A stretch of DNA of 62,622 nt, filler included, from Bipalium vagum (taxonomy: Eukaryota), in assembly GCA_037834085.1 (NCBI GenBank). It is 3 parts of 3 records of this genome, joined end to end, with 100 filler letters (N's around TTAATTAATTAA, not from the genome) between each part and the next. Parts side by side here need not be neighbours in the genome. Positions count along the whole stretch, not along the records: positions 1 to 22,073 come from JBBMKC010227324.1; positions 22,174 to 46,360 come from JBBMKC010202272.1; 1 more part is not named here. The stretch is one strand, 5' to 3'. Under the pieces are notes generated by a model, which saw only the letters and a program-made list of their open reading frames with translations, was not told where the DNA came from and made no database searches. Position numbers and translations under genes: made by a program. Shown here piece after piece: positions 13,768-25,789 of this stretch (its first letter is position 1; each line of letters begins with the position of its first letter).

Positions 13768-14919
13768 TTAGGTGATTTCCAATCCAAACAATTCTTTGAT
13801 TTGCGTTTGATATTGGTCAACATTTCTCTTCATCATCTCCAAACAAGGTCCCATCAGTCTCTCAAATGCCTTGACATCTAGCATGGCACACTTTGTTTCC
13901 CCTACTGATACAGCTGTCGCTTGACGAGGCTGGTTAGATATTAATGCTAATTCTCCAAAGTATTGTCCCTTATGAAGTCTAACTACATCTAACTCTTTAC
14001 CATTGTGCTTTTTTGTTACCAAAACTTCTCCACTTTCTATGAAAAACATTTCTTGTCCAAATGATCCTTGTTTAAGAATAATCTGTTTGTCATAATACTT
14101 TTTTGGAATTAAAGCGTCAGCGACATTCATTCTTTCAATTTCGGTCATTTCTTGAAATATCGGGAATTCTCTTAATATACTGTCATAAATCTCTTTTTGT
14201 TTGAAGGTTTGAAGAACCACTAGAGATCTAAATGTATTACGATCCATATACCAAAGACTGCCTTCAGTTTCCGAAATAACAGTTGCAGATCTCTGAGCAT
14301 TATACATTAGTGCTAATTCACCAAAGTAGCCTTCGTTTACATATGTATTTATTAACTTATCATTATTTCCATCCTTTATAAAGCAGTTAAAGGTACCACT
14401 ATCTATGATGTAAAAATTATCTCCATCATCACCTTGTACAATTACCTTATCCCCCGGTTTCGTTTTCATTGGTGCCATGGCATTAATGATATGATTGATG
14501 TGGTCGTCATCTAGACTATGAAACAAAATAATTTGTTTACAAACATTTTTCAAGTGCATTCTTTCCTTTTCAGATTTTGGTATAATAACATACAGGTCTT
14601 TAAGACTATTAAATCTTTCTATATTGATTTTTTCTGCATGTATACTTTTACGATGAAAATTTGCCGGTGACCTTGTACGTGATACCTTATCTTCTTCCAC
14701 CGAATGCAAAGTCTCTAGCAGAGAATCAACAAAAGAAGTATTGGTCTCTATATCTCGACTACTGTAAAATCTTTTATCCCCTTGTTCCTCATAGACCTTT
14801 TGAAAAAAATGAGAAGCATATTCCAAGAAATTACTTGGTCTATCCCTAAGTACTGCTGAGGTGAGATCAACAAGCATTTCAAAAAATCCTTCGGGTACAT
14901 CAGGATTCAAATTCTGCAT
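13768..14919 (-). CDS. PRKAR2: cAMP-dependent protein kinase type II regulatory subunit, intronless, nested in a CADPS intron
   Basis: Intact 383-aa ORF with an RII-type dimerisation/docking domain (VPEGFFEMLVDLTSAVLRDRPSNFLEYASHFF), inhibitor site HRKSIHAE, and two cNMP-binding cassettes (FGELALMYNAQRSAT, FGELALISNQPRQAT). C-terminal FERLMGPCLEMMKRN is typical of RII. Confidence 0.95.
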   Translation of the reverse strand: MQNLNPDVPEGFFEMLVDLTSAVLRDRPSNFLEYASHFFQKVYEEQGDKRFYSSRDIETNTSFVDSLLETLHSVEEDKVSRTRSPANFHRKSIHAEKINIERFNSLKDLYVIIPKSEKERMHLKNVCKQIILFHSLDDDHINHIINAMAPMKTKPGDKVIVQGDDGDNFYIIDSGTFNCFIKDGNNDKLINTYVNEGYFGELALMYNAQRSATVISETEGSLWYMDRNTFRSLVVLQTFKQKEIYDSILREFPIFQEMTEIERMNVADALIPKKYYDKQIILKQGSFGQEMFFIESGEVLVTKKHNGKELDVVRLHKGQYFGELALISNQPRQATAVSVGETKCAMLDVKAFERLMGPCLEMMKRNVDQYQTQIKELFGLEIT

Positions 14920-15103
14920 ATTTTTATCAATTCAGTTTAAAATATAATTGATAATCAATAATATTTTTATTTATTTCATGAATGAAATTACGACATCTTC
15001 ACAGACACGGTAATATTTTGTACATGATATAATGAAATAACTGTGTTATGAAAAATTTTGTTCAAAAAAGGAAATTTAAAAAATAAAATAAGATTTTACT
15101 AAC

Positions 15104-15215
15104 TCTTCCCAATTCTTTATGGTCTAATGAAAGGATTGAACTGCTTTCCGTAAACAATTTGACTTTGACGGTTGGTAAAGGTTGGTTTGTTTGAAAATCT
15201 CCTTGTGTACTCCAG
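15104..15215 (-). CDS. CADPS: CAPS/CADPS exon, C2 domain
   Basis: tttag|C TGG..., reads [37 protein letters not shown], then donor gttagt. Matches [28 protein letters not shown]. Confidence 0.95.
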
Positions 15216-16399
15216 CTAAATAGCATTTGTTCAATTAATTTCAAATCAAAATCTCTTTCGAGAAAAATGTTTATCTTATGACCACACTTAACAGTCTTGG
15301 TTTCATTTGATAAATAAATCTTTTATTTAGTAATGTCACGTTCTATCATCAAATTCATTTGTCTTAACTAAATTATTTTATTTATAATGAGACAGTAATT
15401 TAGTAAATAGAGTAAAATTAGAGTAAAAAAAACTTGATAAAAGATTAGTCTATTTTTTCCCACCAACGGATAATGCACGTTGCAATTGTGAAAATGAATC
15501 CTCAAAATTCTTCTTCCAATTATCTACCTAAGATTCTTCCTTTCATTTTAAATGCATCAATAGTTCATGCGGCAGATTAAAAACCTTAATTTATTTTTTA
15601 TTAAGTACCAGATCTGATCTTTGGGTAGAACAGACAACTAATTTGATAGTTCCAGCTGCAAAGTGATCTTTGATCCTCTGAACATTTTTTAAGATTTACA
15701 GTAAAGATTGTTTTACATTAAAAATACGCCAATCCACTATTATTGCTGTGAAAAATTGTCTATATCGTTATCTTGAATGCTTTACCAATAAATTTTCTGA
15801 ATAAGACTCTCAAACCCACAACATTTTGATTGATGCTTAATTATGGATCAGAGTTAAAAGACGTTTTGTCACATGAAGTAATACTGTAAACAAAATTAAA
15901 TATCCCACAGCCAACTCAGGTTAATGTAAATCTACAATTCTTAGAAATTTCTTGATTGACTAGAGTCAAAATAAGTTTTGAGTCGAGTTAAGTTGGAAAG
16001 TAAAAAACAAAACACGCAATTAAATTTCAATCCCAATCAGATAAGTTAGATAAATTAAGGAAGAATTCGGAGTTCCTTTTATTACAAGATTTACTATCAA
16101 AATATATTTTAAAAATGTATCAAAAAGTATGGAAACAACTTTTGCATTAGATTTCTGCTACTCTCCACATTGTAAAATTGGAATATAGGTTAACATTAGG
16201 TGATATAAAAAGTACTGTTTTTCACACTCTTTAGCTTTAGAATTGTGCATTTCACATTATAAGTAACATGAAGTTGAAATTAATTTTAAATAAAAGAAAA
16301 ATGATTTTATAATTACGTGTTTCGTTCAATAGTGCCTTGACTAACAAAGAAAAAAAAACAACACAAAAAACGGAAACAACTTTTATTGAACTACATGAA

Positions 16400-16570
16400 A
16401 TACTACTAGTTCGAAAAACATATTTAATTATTTTTCTATATAAATACCATTGGCACCAACCTGCTTATTCCATCGAATAATCAAATCTTTAAATGCGTCA
16501 GTATAAAAATGTCCAGGAAGCTCTGCAAACCACTGTTCAACAAATTGCTGGAGTGCATCTGATATTCTGT
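16400..16570 (-). mobile_element. mariner C-terminal fragment
   Basis: LQQFVEQWFAELPGHFYTDAFKDLIIRWNKQVGANGIY. Confidence 0.7.
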
Positions 16571-16789
16571 ATTCTGTATTCCTCCTCATCCATTTGACAA
16601 AAAATGAAATGTGAGTTAGTTTATGAATTAGCCAATCAGATTATTTAATTTATGCATATAAACAAACATACGTGTAGGTGTTCAAGCCAATTGGCTTGAT
16701 TGGTTTATCATGTTTTTTCTTAGTCAGTCTGAGGCATTATTGAACGAACCACATACGTTGCGGTTTTTTAAGTTAATTAAAAGTGTCGA

Positions 16790-17070
16790 TGCTATGTTTG
16801 CATTAGGGAAATGTTTTATTCTGGTCTGATACGGCAGCAGTCCAATACTATAGGAATTCTGTAGAGTGAAAACAGAATTTTATTAGCAGAAAAATCCATG
16901 AATCCTCCATATTGCCCAGAAATTAGACCTATTCAAAAATTTTTGTTATTACGAAAGCAAACTTGCGAAGGCTTTCAGCATTCGAGAACTATAGATCAGG
17001 TCAGAAAATAAAAAGATTGATAATACAGTTTCCCAGAACTTAATGGGCACTTCGACGAAAGAATAGAAAA
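16790..17070 (+). mobile_element. ITm/DD37E-like transposase fragment
   Basis: LFWSDTAAVQY and MNPPYCPEIRPIQKF resemble FWPDLASCHY and NPPNCPELRPIE. Confidence 0.62.
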
Positions 17071-17275
17071 ATAGTAAAAGAATCACAATAGTAACATTTT
17101 ATTTTTTACATACGTAATGTTTTAATGTTAAGCTAACCTTGTATTAATATTTAAAGAATATATTTTTGTCTGCCTCGTGTAGTTGTAATTTTTTTGTGTT
17201 TCCATATTTTTCGATTTGAGATTTTGTTAATTATAAATGTTATGGTGATGATAATATTAACAACGATAATCATAC

Positions 17276-17397
17276 TAAGGTTTGGACGCCTCTGCTTGAT
17301 CAGTTTGAAGCTTCTCGCCATTTTCAATTTCCATTGTACAGTACACAATTTTATTACCAGAAAGGTGCTTCAAATTTTTTACTTGAACCACGATCAC
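17276..17397 (-). CDS. CADPS: CAPS/CADPS (unc-31) exon, start of C2 domain
   Basis: AG..GT-bounded exon reading [40 protein letters not shown], matching the CAPS motif [24 protein letters not shown]. Ends in phase 2 (TA) and joins the next exon's C to give Tyr. Not in the ORF track. Confidence 0.95.
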
Positions 17398-18239
17398 CTG
17401 TAAGACAACACTTTCATTGATAAATGTTCGTAGGACATAATAATAAGAAATTTTTATTTGTTTTAAAGAAAACTATCTAGAAAATTAATTTTTACAGCAT
17501 TTATAGTAATAGATTTGTGGAAATTTTATTTTTAAAAAAGGTGAAAAAAGACATTTAGATACCAGTAAAGTTCAAACAAAAGACAAAAAGTCGTCCAAAT
17601 ATTTCTTTGTCAATTTTCTTTGACAAAAGAGTGACTGACACCCAACGGTTATTACAGAATTATCAATCCACACCTTTCGTCACTGAATGCTCCTCGGTAA
17701 ATTCACCGTAATATATCATAATGAAAACGTACAGACAATTCAACAAAACTTTTCTACAGACTTATCATATCAATATGATATAATTTTTATTACTGAATAA
17801 AAAGAAAATTATTGTCGTGAAATAAGGAACAACTCTCTCCAGTTTTCGATGACTTGCAAGCATAAGAGATGAAGATATAAACAATAAACAAAAATAGTAC
17901 AAAGATTGGTTCAAATCTTTAAGAATTGTAAATCATTCCAAAATCAGTTGAATAAAATATGCAAAAATTTCTGAGTTGGAGTGGCTATCAAAAATGATTT
18001 ATCTGAAATATATTATGTCAGTTACAAGTTGGGCTTCAGAAAATTAATAGAATTTGAATTATACTTATCATTTTGACACTGGAAATAAAATTTCAGTATC
18101 AAAGGAATTTTTAAATGAATAAATTTTCGGCTAAAGATAGTATGAATTTACCAATTATAATTATCAGAATGTCCAATATAGTATTAGGTCGTAACATAAT
18201 CTTTCGTGATTTTAAATAATATCTATTTATAACCAATAC

Positions 18240-18500
18240 AACATATTTTATTTACAATTAATGATAAAGAATCAATCAATAATTTAATTCCCGTTATTAT
18301 ATAGTATCCTTTTTCATCTTTCCACCAATATGTCGAAGCTTTTATTCCAGAAATCGCAAGAAATCTCAGAAAGAAATTGATAGACCACTTTGTAGAATCT
18401 TCTCCCTTTTCAAAATTAATGCCTTTCATTGCTTAGATAGTGAATTGGAAAGGTAGAATTCTGTTAGCGCAAGGTCTGAGAAATACGAAACGTGCTGAAG
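18240..18500 (-). mobile_element. mariner C-terminal fragment
   Basis: LQHVSYFSDLALTEFYL followed by MKGINFEKGEDSTKWSINFF..SGI..GYY. Confidence 0.65.
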
Positions 18501-21066
18501 ATAAAATAACAATAGGTAATGGAAATGGTATTTTATGTCAGCTGTGCAACTAGCAATGTACTTCAAAGGATGTCAAATCTAAATAAAATGAAATGGCATA
18601 AAAAATACTTTACTGTACTTTTATTGAACAGAAAAAGATCTTTCAAATGAATGTAATTGTTATTAAATAAATATATTACCGTCAAACAAAACAATACAAT
18701 AATAAAAACACGAAAAATAATGTTCCAACTTAATAATAACGAATAACTTCAAGTAATATCCCGACCACCATTAAATAGTGTTACCAAAATGACAGGTTCT
18801 CATAAAATATTGGCAATATTTGAATTTTTAACAAAAAAAATTCAAAAAACATAAGTTTCCTAATAAATCTATTTACCGGTTCTTCTTGTTTCAATTTCGA
18901 GATCAGATAATTTCCTTGGTAAATATTTAACATTAAATTACGCTATATGCTATTCACCAATATCAGGCGGAAATCAGACCGCATTAATATAATAGATGAT
19001 ACAGATTTCCATGAGTTTCTACTCCAACCATTGACTTTTCAAATCTCAAGAAGATTAGTATTTCAATTTTCGGTGAATTTGATTTCAGAGGAAACCTTAC
19101 AAGAAAATAACCCGCGAATATGCAAAATATAAATATAAATAAATAAATTTATAAAAGGCATTATTAAAACACTATTGATTAATCAAAAATTGATTATTTA
19201 AGATTGTCACTAATTATTTTAAATTTAATACTAATATTAAATACTAATACTATTTAGAGTAGAACACTTTTTGAGTTATCTGTTATTAAAATATAATTAA
19301 GTAAAAATGGAAGTATTTTTATAGAGTTCATTAAATAGAAATTTCTCAAAAATAGAGTACAAAGCCAGTAGTTTTCAATCATCCTTAATAGAAACGAAAA
19401 GGTAAAAGGTAATTGCGAAGGGTTCTTCCATCTTGTATCAATCTGAATCAATAGTTTTGTAGCCTCTTCCTTTGTTAAAAAAATAATTGGATTAACAAAA
19501 ATGGAATGAAAAATGAATGAATCAGATTTATCAGAGAGTGTAAATGCTCGAAAATAATTTCTTATTTTAATTAATTATTGAATTGATCATCCTGAAATTA
19601 GTTAGGAGATTCACTGTACTGAATGGTCGACAAAACCACAAGACACGGGAATTTTCTGTTTCAGATTAAATTTGACTTCAACAGAAAAATAAGAATGATG
19701 ATCCTTAATTTAATTCTTTCATTACAGAAGACAAGTGATTAAAAGCAATAGAACTTAACTGTTATGACCACAAGTATTAAAAAATAATATTTTGTTTATT
19801 TTATTAATATTATTAATATTAATATACAGAGGGGCTTTGATAAAAAAATAGAGAAGTAAATCTCAAAAAGAATATAATCTTAGAAATCAAATCTTAGTTT
19901 TAAAACTTTTAAAAATAAAATAAAGTAGCAGAAGCTAAAGATGGAGTGAAAATAATATCAACTCATGTCTGATACATCCAACCAGATCCTCTGAGTTAAT
20001 GAATGATAAAATGAATGAAATATATTAAAAGCAGTCTTTAATTTATATCCTAATGCCGTGGCAAGAAAATACCTTCCGATTTTACCTAAAACTATTTAAC
20101 AATTAAAGCAGTTTAATTGTATTTTAAGTGAAATGATCTTTGTTAATATTAAAAGTAAAGATAATCGATATATTCAAATTTCAATCAGTAAATTAATAGC
20201 ATAAATTGCTTTTCTTCGTTTTTCATTTGTCGACTTGAAAACATGAAAGTCTTCATCAATTAAAATCGTCACAAACAACGCGTGACATTGAGAAAAACTC
20301 AGCGTATCACATGTAAACATATAAATCAGTATGGCCTACATGAAAAACTCAATTTATGGGGCTCCCTACCAACTTAGGGAAGGTTACATTAGGCAACGCT
20401 TGGAAATCTCTAATTTGCTTATCAAAGGTAATAAAATACCAAATGTCTAAAACAATCGGCAATTGATGATGGAAAGTTGATTTGCTACAATAATGTTGAT
20501 CTGAAAAATCAGATTTGTGCAGCTTTTTGCAGATAAACCAGAGATTTTATAAAAGAGGAATTTTTGTTTTTTGGAAGATGACAACTGGTCCTTTATAACA
20601 ATTGAAAATTCAATATTTAATAAAAATATGTTGGTTCATAAAGTTTCATATCTTTTGCTTCTTCAAAAGAACCTAATTACTTTTTTGCCAAATCAATAAT
20701 AAGGTAAACATATTTTTAAATTTACCACCGTTTTCTCAAAAAATATTTCATTCTTATACATAATTTATATTAAGCCTGAATCATGTGGTTTCATAATATT
20801 TTCTAGTTTTATCTATAAACATTTAACAATAGAAATCTATTGTTCATTTCTTTTAGTACATAACCCGGGCCTAATATTAATCTGGAATCTTTGAGAGAAT
20901 TTCTTTTCCAATAAAGAGGAAAAGTTATTTATATTTATTTTATGAAAGTAAAATATGCGTAATTTATTAATAAATTAAAATTTGAAATCAATTTAATTGA
21001 TTTATTATAAATATTGAAAAATAATGAAAATAAAAAAATTCGTAAAAATTTGATAAAATCAATTTA

Positions 21067-22073
21067 CCCTAAAATCCCGTTTATAGTGCGCACCTGTGTA
21101 TAACACGCAGCTTAATTTTCAACCAAAAATGTTATTCCAATTTTTTTGTTGTATAACACGCATATTTGTTTTAATATTATATGTTTGTTTCATTTTTAAA
21201 TTAGTCTAACTTTTTAGAATTCTTAAAATAATTAACATTATTCGTTAAACATGGAAACAAAGAAAACAAGGAAATCATATTCAGCCTTTAAAAAGCTAGA
21301 AATGGGTTGATATATGTTTTTGAAATATGGTTGTAAATGTATATTTCAGTTAAATATGCAGAAAATCACGGCAATCGTCAAGCAGGGCGGATTTACAATG
21401 TCAATGAAGCCTCAATTAGAGAGTGGAAGAAGAAGAAAATACTATTGGAAGTGATGCAGCCGAATAAACGATCTAGAAGAGGGAGAATTGCGCGGTGGAA
21501 AGATTTGAAAGTTCAATTAAAAGAGTGGGTATTGGATTTAAGGCTTTGCGGTAGACAGGTTCCACAACTTCAATAAAATTAAAATCAAAGTCGATGTCAA
21601 AACAACAAAACATTGAAGACTTCAAAGGAAGTGACCAATGGTGCAATCGCTTTATGCATAGATATGGGCTTAATATAAGAGCAGATACCTCAATTGGACA
21701 AGGCTTGCCCATAAACTGGCAGGAAAAAGTTGAGGTTTTTAATCTTTTCATTATTAACAAAATTGTTGGCATAGAAAAAATTCAGATCGGAAACATGGAC
21801 GAAACTTCACTTAGTTTTGACATGCCTAGCAATTTTAATGTAGATATAAAGGGGACGGAAGACGTTAAAATAATAACCACTGGTGCAGAAAGGTGTAGCT
21901 TCACAGTTGTGCTTTGGTGTGACCTCTGATGGCGGAAAACGTATGCCAGTGGTTATCTTTAAAAGAAAAACACTCCCGAAAGAAAAGTTTCCAGCAGGAA
22001 TTTTTGTAACATCCAACGAGAATGGTTGGATGAATGAAGAATACTTCACAATTTGGCTTGAAAACATTTGGAA
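21067..22073 (+). mobile_element. pogo-family (POGK-like) DNA transposon, frameshifted, cut by the spacer
   Basis: Left end with repeated gtataacacgca. Brinker-type DBD (RKSYSA..KYAENHGNRQAGR), CENP-B-type HTH (FKGSDQWCNRFMHR) and DDE_1 (IGNMDET, DGGKRMPVVIFK, ENGWM). Frameshifts near 21565 and 21910. Confidence 0.88.
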
Positions 22074-22173
22074 NNNNNNNNNNNNNNNNNNNNNNNNNNN
22101 NNNNNNNNNNNNNNNNNTTAATTAATTAANNNNNNNNNNNNNNNNNNNNNNNNNNNNNNNNNNNNNNNNNNNN
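22074..22173. other. Artificial contig spacer N44-TTAATTAATTAA-N44
   Basis: Exactly 100 nt; the palindromic core puts stops in all six frames; identical to 46361-46460. Confidence 0.93.
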
Positions 22174-22224
22174 ATAATAATAATAATAATAAATAATAAT
22201 AATAATTGTTAGGTTCAAATAAAT

Positions 22225-22296
22225 TGGAGACACGGGGATTCGAACCCGGGACCTTTCACATGCGCATGGACTGCTCTACTGCTGAGCTACGTCCCT
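22225..22296 (-). pseudogene. tRNA-Ala(CGC)-like pseudogene / tRNA-derived repeat, full-length copy
   Basis: AGGGACGTAGCTCAGCAGTAGAGCAGTCCATGCGCATGTGAAAGGTCCCGGGTTCGAATCCCCGTGTCTCCA: A and B boxes and a G3:U70 pair, but a mispaired anticodon stem, G at position 33 and an A1:C72 mismatch. Confidence 0.8.
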
Positions 22297-22657
22297 CATT
22301 CATCTGTCATCTAAACTCCTTAAAATAATAATAATAATAATAATACGCAATTTTGTCAGAATAATTCAAATTAATTAATTTATATCCACCTTGGTGTTAT
22401 CAAATTGTAAAATCTACATTTAATAATTTCAGACTATTATTTCAAATATTATTATTATTATTTCAAAATATTAGAATTAATTTTAAAAAATAAAAATAAT
22501 TAAGTTAATAAATAATAATTACTTAATGCATGTCCAGAAATGATGAATAAATAATTCCGAGATAAAGATTAATTTTATTAAATCAAATGGATAAAATATA
22601 AATTATAAATTAAATGTATTTAAATTATTTGAGCATAAATGAATCAGTATTGTTCAG

Positions 22658-22775
22658 CTATTCCAGTGGTTAGTATTGTGATGTATCCCCCAAGATCACA
22701 GAATACCTATGTGGAAAACGACGTGGTGGAATTGTCTTGTTCAGCTAGTGGGAGACCAAATAGTTTTTATTGGAA
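22658..22775 (+). CDS. KIRREL: Kirre/NEPH1/SYG-1-type Ig adhesion protein exon, first half of an Ig domain
   Basis: ttcag|..IPVVSIVMYPPRSQNTYVENDVVELSCSASGRPNSFYW(K)|gtaat. Phase-2 end joins 33853 to give YWKWFIN, like Kirre/Rst CRADANPSDVRYRWFIN. Confidence 0.82.
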
Positions 22776-23129
22776 GTAATTTCTCCACTGCATTATTTTT
22801 ATTTGATAATTTCTTTTATTTACTGTCAATCAATAAAGTTTAAAATATTCAATTAAGTGCGAAATGTCACTTAATTTTAATAATAAATAACATTTATTTA
22901 TCATTTCATAATTTTTTTGCCAATGAGGAAAGATATAATTGAATAAATGTAACCCTTTTTTCGGTAAAAAAATTATATTTTTCAACATTTTTTATTTTTA
23001 ATAATAATATTTCAAAAATATTTTTTATTTTTAAGGATTTATTTTATAAATTTTATGATTAATATAAAAATATTCTTTATCATTTAAAAATAATAAAATG
23101 TATGAAACCAACTTTTTTTATTAGTCCTG

Positions 23130-23690
23130 TTTGAATACATTTCAAAATTAAAGACAAATAGAACTAAATATCGGTAACCAGATTAATATTGAGTTGTCCA
23201 GTGATCTTAGGTCGTAGTCTAAACGTGATGAGTCATCTGAAACAATACAAAACGTTGAGAGACATCAGAAAAAGGTCATGTTATCCATATGGTGGGATAA
23301 TAACGGAGTGGTGTATCTTGAACTTTTGTCTGAAGAATGATACAATCCTTTCCGATGTTTACTGTAACCAACTTGAAAAGTAGTTAATCATAGAGGTGCT
23401 ATTTTCTACAAGGACAACAAATAACCTTACATTTCAATGAAAAGTAGAAAAAATTCAGATAATTGGAAGGGCACCATCATATAATTCTGATTTGGCACCA
23501 ACAAATTACTATATGTTTCGTTCTCTACAAAACTCTTTGGATGGGAAAACCTTTACCTCAGATGACGGTGTCAAAAGTTACCTGGAATAGATTTTTGCTA
23601 AAAAGGACAAGAATTTTTATGAAAATGGAATCATAATATTGCCTGAAAGATTAGCTTTCTTCAATGTCAATGATGGATATATGGCAGTGA
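23130..23690 (+). mobile_element. mariner relic
   Basis: TILSDVYCNQLEK, HHHIILIWH overlapping an APSYNSDLAPTNYYMFRSLQNSLDGKTF frame, and FYENGIIILPER. Confidence 0.8.
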
Positions 23691-23819
23691 CCTTCATAAC
23701 ATTTAAGAGTGTCATCTCCAGAGCAAAATGAATGAAAAAGAAATGAATATCATACCAACAATGTTGAAATTGTTCGTGTTGGTCTAAAATTTTGACAAAA
23801 ATTGAAATTTGAAAAAACA

Positions 23820-24260
23820 TTTATATGTGACGGTCTGAGTACTCCACTAATTCGAAAATCAGGCATTGCAATCAACTCAGAAATATCTAAAATGATTTTC
23901 AAGCATCGTTTACTTCCGGAATATCATGAATAACTACAAAAATAGTGAATCAATAATTTGACCTCACATGACCAAATCAGATTACTCAAAAACAGTGCTG
24001 AATTTCTTAAAATTAAACGGTAAAAAATTTTTCATAAAAAAGATGATCCTGCTAACAATCTAGAAATTAGATAATGTTGAAGAATTTTGAGGATTCTAAA
24101 AAGAAATTTGTAAAGACAGGCTTTGGAAGCTACAACTAATGACTAACGTATTATTCGTATTATATATTGCCTTAAAAATTGGACCAAGTTGCACGAAAAC
24201 CAGATAGTAACACTTGACAACGGATTGATACTATACCTCGAAAAGGACTTGTTGAAATTA
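23820..24260 (+). mobile_element. ITm/DD37E-like transposase relic
   Basis: SGIAINSEI, HRLLP, I*PHMTKSDYSK, DPANNLEIR and EEF*GILKR-like motifs. Confidence 0.55.
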
Positions 24261-25789
24261 AATGAAATTCCTAAAATTTTTTGAAATAAATTGTTGTTGA
24301 TTATTATCATAGTACACTTTTATATGCTAAATATGTTTGACAAAATCAATTTATAAAGTAGTATAAAACATTAACAAAATTTTAAGGACGATTTCAAATT
24401 AACCGCAAAAAAATATTGATAATTACAATAATTTCTTTGCTTCTCGTAAAAAATTTTTATTGATTGTGATATCGATGAATTTTAATAAATAAAATTCAAT
24501 TTAAGTTTATCAGTTTTTATTTGATTTTTAATATAGCCATACAAAATCCCTCACTAACATTATTGGTTACCTGATATTATTAAAACATTTTTTTAATTTC
24601 AATCTATACTTTAAAAATTATAAAATAGCATAACAGATGAAATATTTTCTTAAAACTTTTCTTTATAAATCAAATTTAAAAATTAAATTCTTTTAATTGT
24701 ATTTATAAATTAAAGTTTGCGAATTGTAGAAATTGCAGGGTAATATCTTCTGAGATTACTTGGATATTCGGATTAAGAAATTGGGAAATTATTCTCAAAA
24801 AATATGTTAGATTAAGCCTTCTAAATCTTTGGAAACATCTGCCTGTAAAGACCTTGAAAACGAATTATTAAAATGCAGAATAATGATACTAAAACGATTT
24901 TAAGTAAAAATAAAATTAATTCATTATAATATACTTTGCTGTAGAGAATGTATTTTAATCACATTTCCTCTTGATTACATTAATTTTTCATGTAATGTAA
25001 ATTTAAATAATTAGATTAGAAATGTTTATGTATAAAAACATACAGAATTTCGGAATCCATCTTTTAAAAATTTGTAATATTCTTATTTTCCATCTGAAGT
25101 AAATTATTTTCAATTTTAACCAATTTCTTACTGGAGAATAAATAAATATTTTATTTTATTTTTTTGAAATATTTCAATTTTCGTTTTATAATATTAAGTT
25201 AGCTTTAGTTTCTTCATTATTAAAATTTATTTTATATTTTTTAAATATATAATATTTTCTTTTTATTAATATTATTACTATATTTACGACATCTGTTTTA
25301 GGCGGAATAACTTTTTTTAATTTAAATTTAAAAATTAGAAAAAATAATTGTTAATATGTTCAAAAAAATCAAAGAGAAGCTGGTTAAAATTTTATTACAC
25401 AGATGTTTATTTTAAAGTTATGGACACTGTTTTCATTCATCTAATTAACATTTTAAAACCCTTAATGAATTATTTATTTATATAATTTTTCTTTTATTTT
25501 ATCATTAACTATTTTTGTATGATCTTTAAATGTTTATGATTAGACAGTTTTTTTATGGAAATGACATGCTCCTTGACACAATTTTTGTTTATTTTAATAC
25601 AAATTGTCTTATTTAGCTTGTGGAAAAGATTAAAAATCTGAAGAACTAATTATTCTGTAGCATTCTTACCTTTAAAATTTTAGTATAGAGGAGAATTACA
25701 TTAATAAATTGAATAATAATAATAAATTAATAATAATATATTTAATATAACTTATTTAATTATAGAATTATTTTTTTAATGATACACCT

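Noticed and set aside
22225-22296. Functional tRNA-Ala(CGC)
   Set aside because: Anticodon stem is mispaired, there is no U33, the D-loop GG is lost, A1:C72 mismatches, and no T-run terminator follows.
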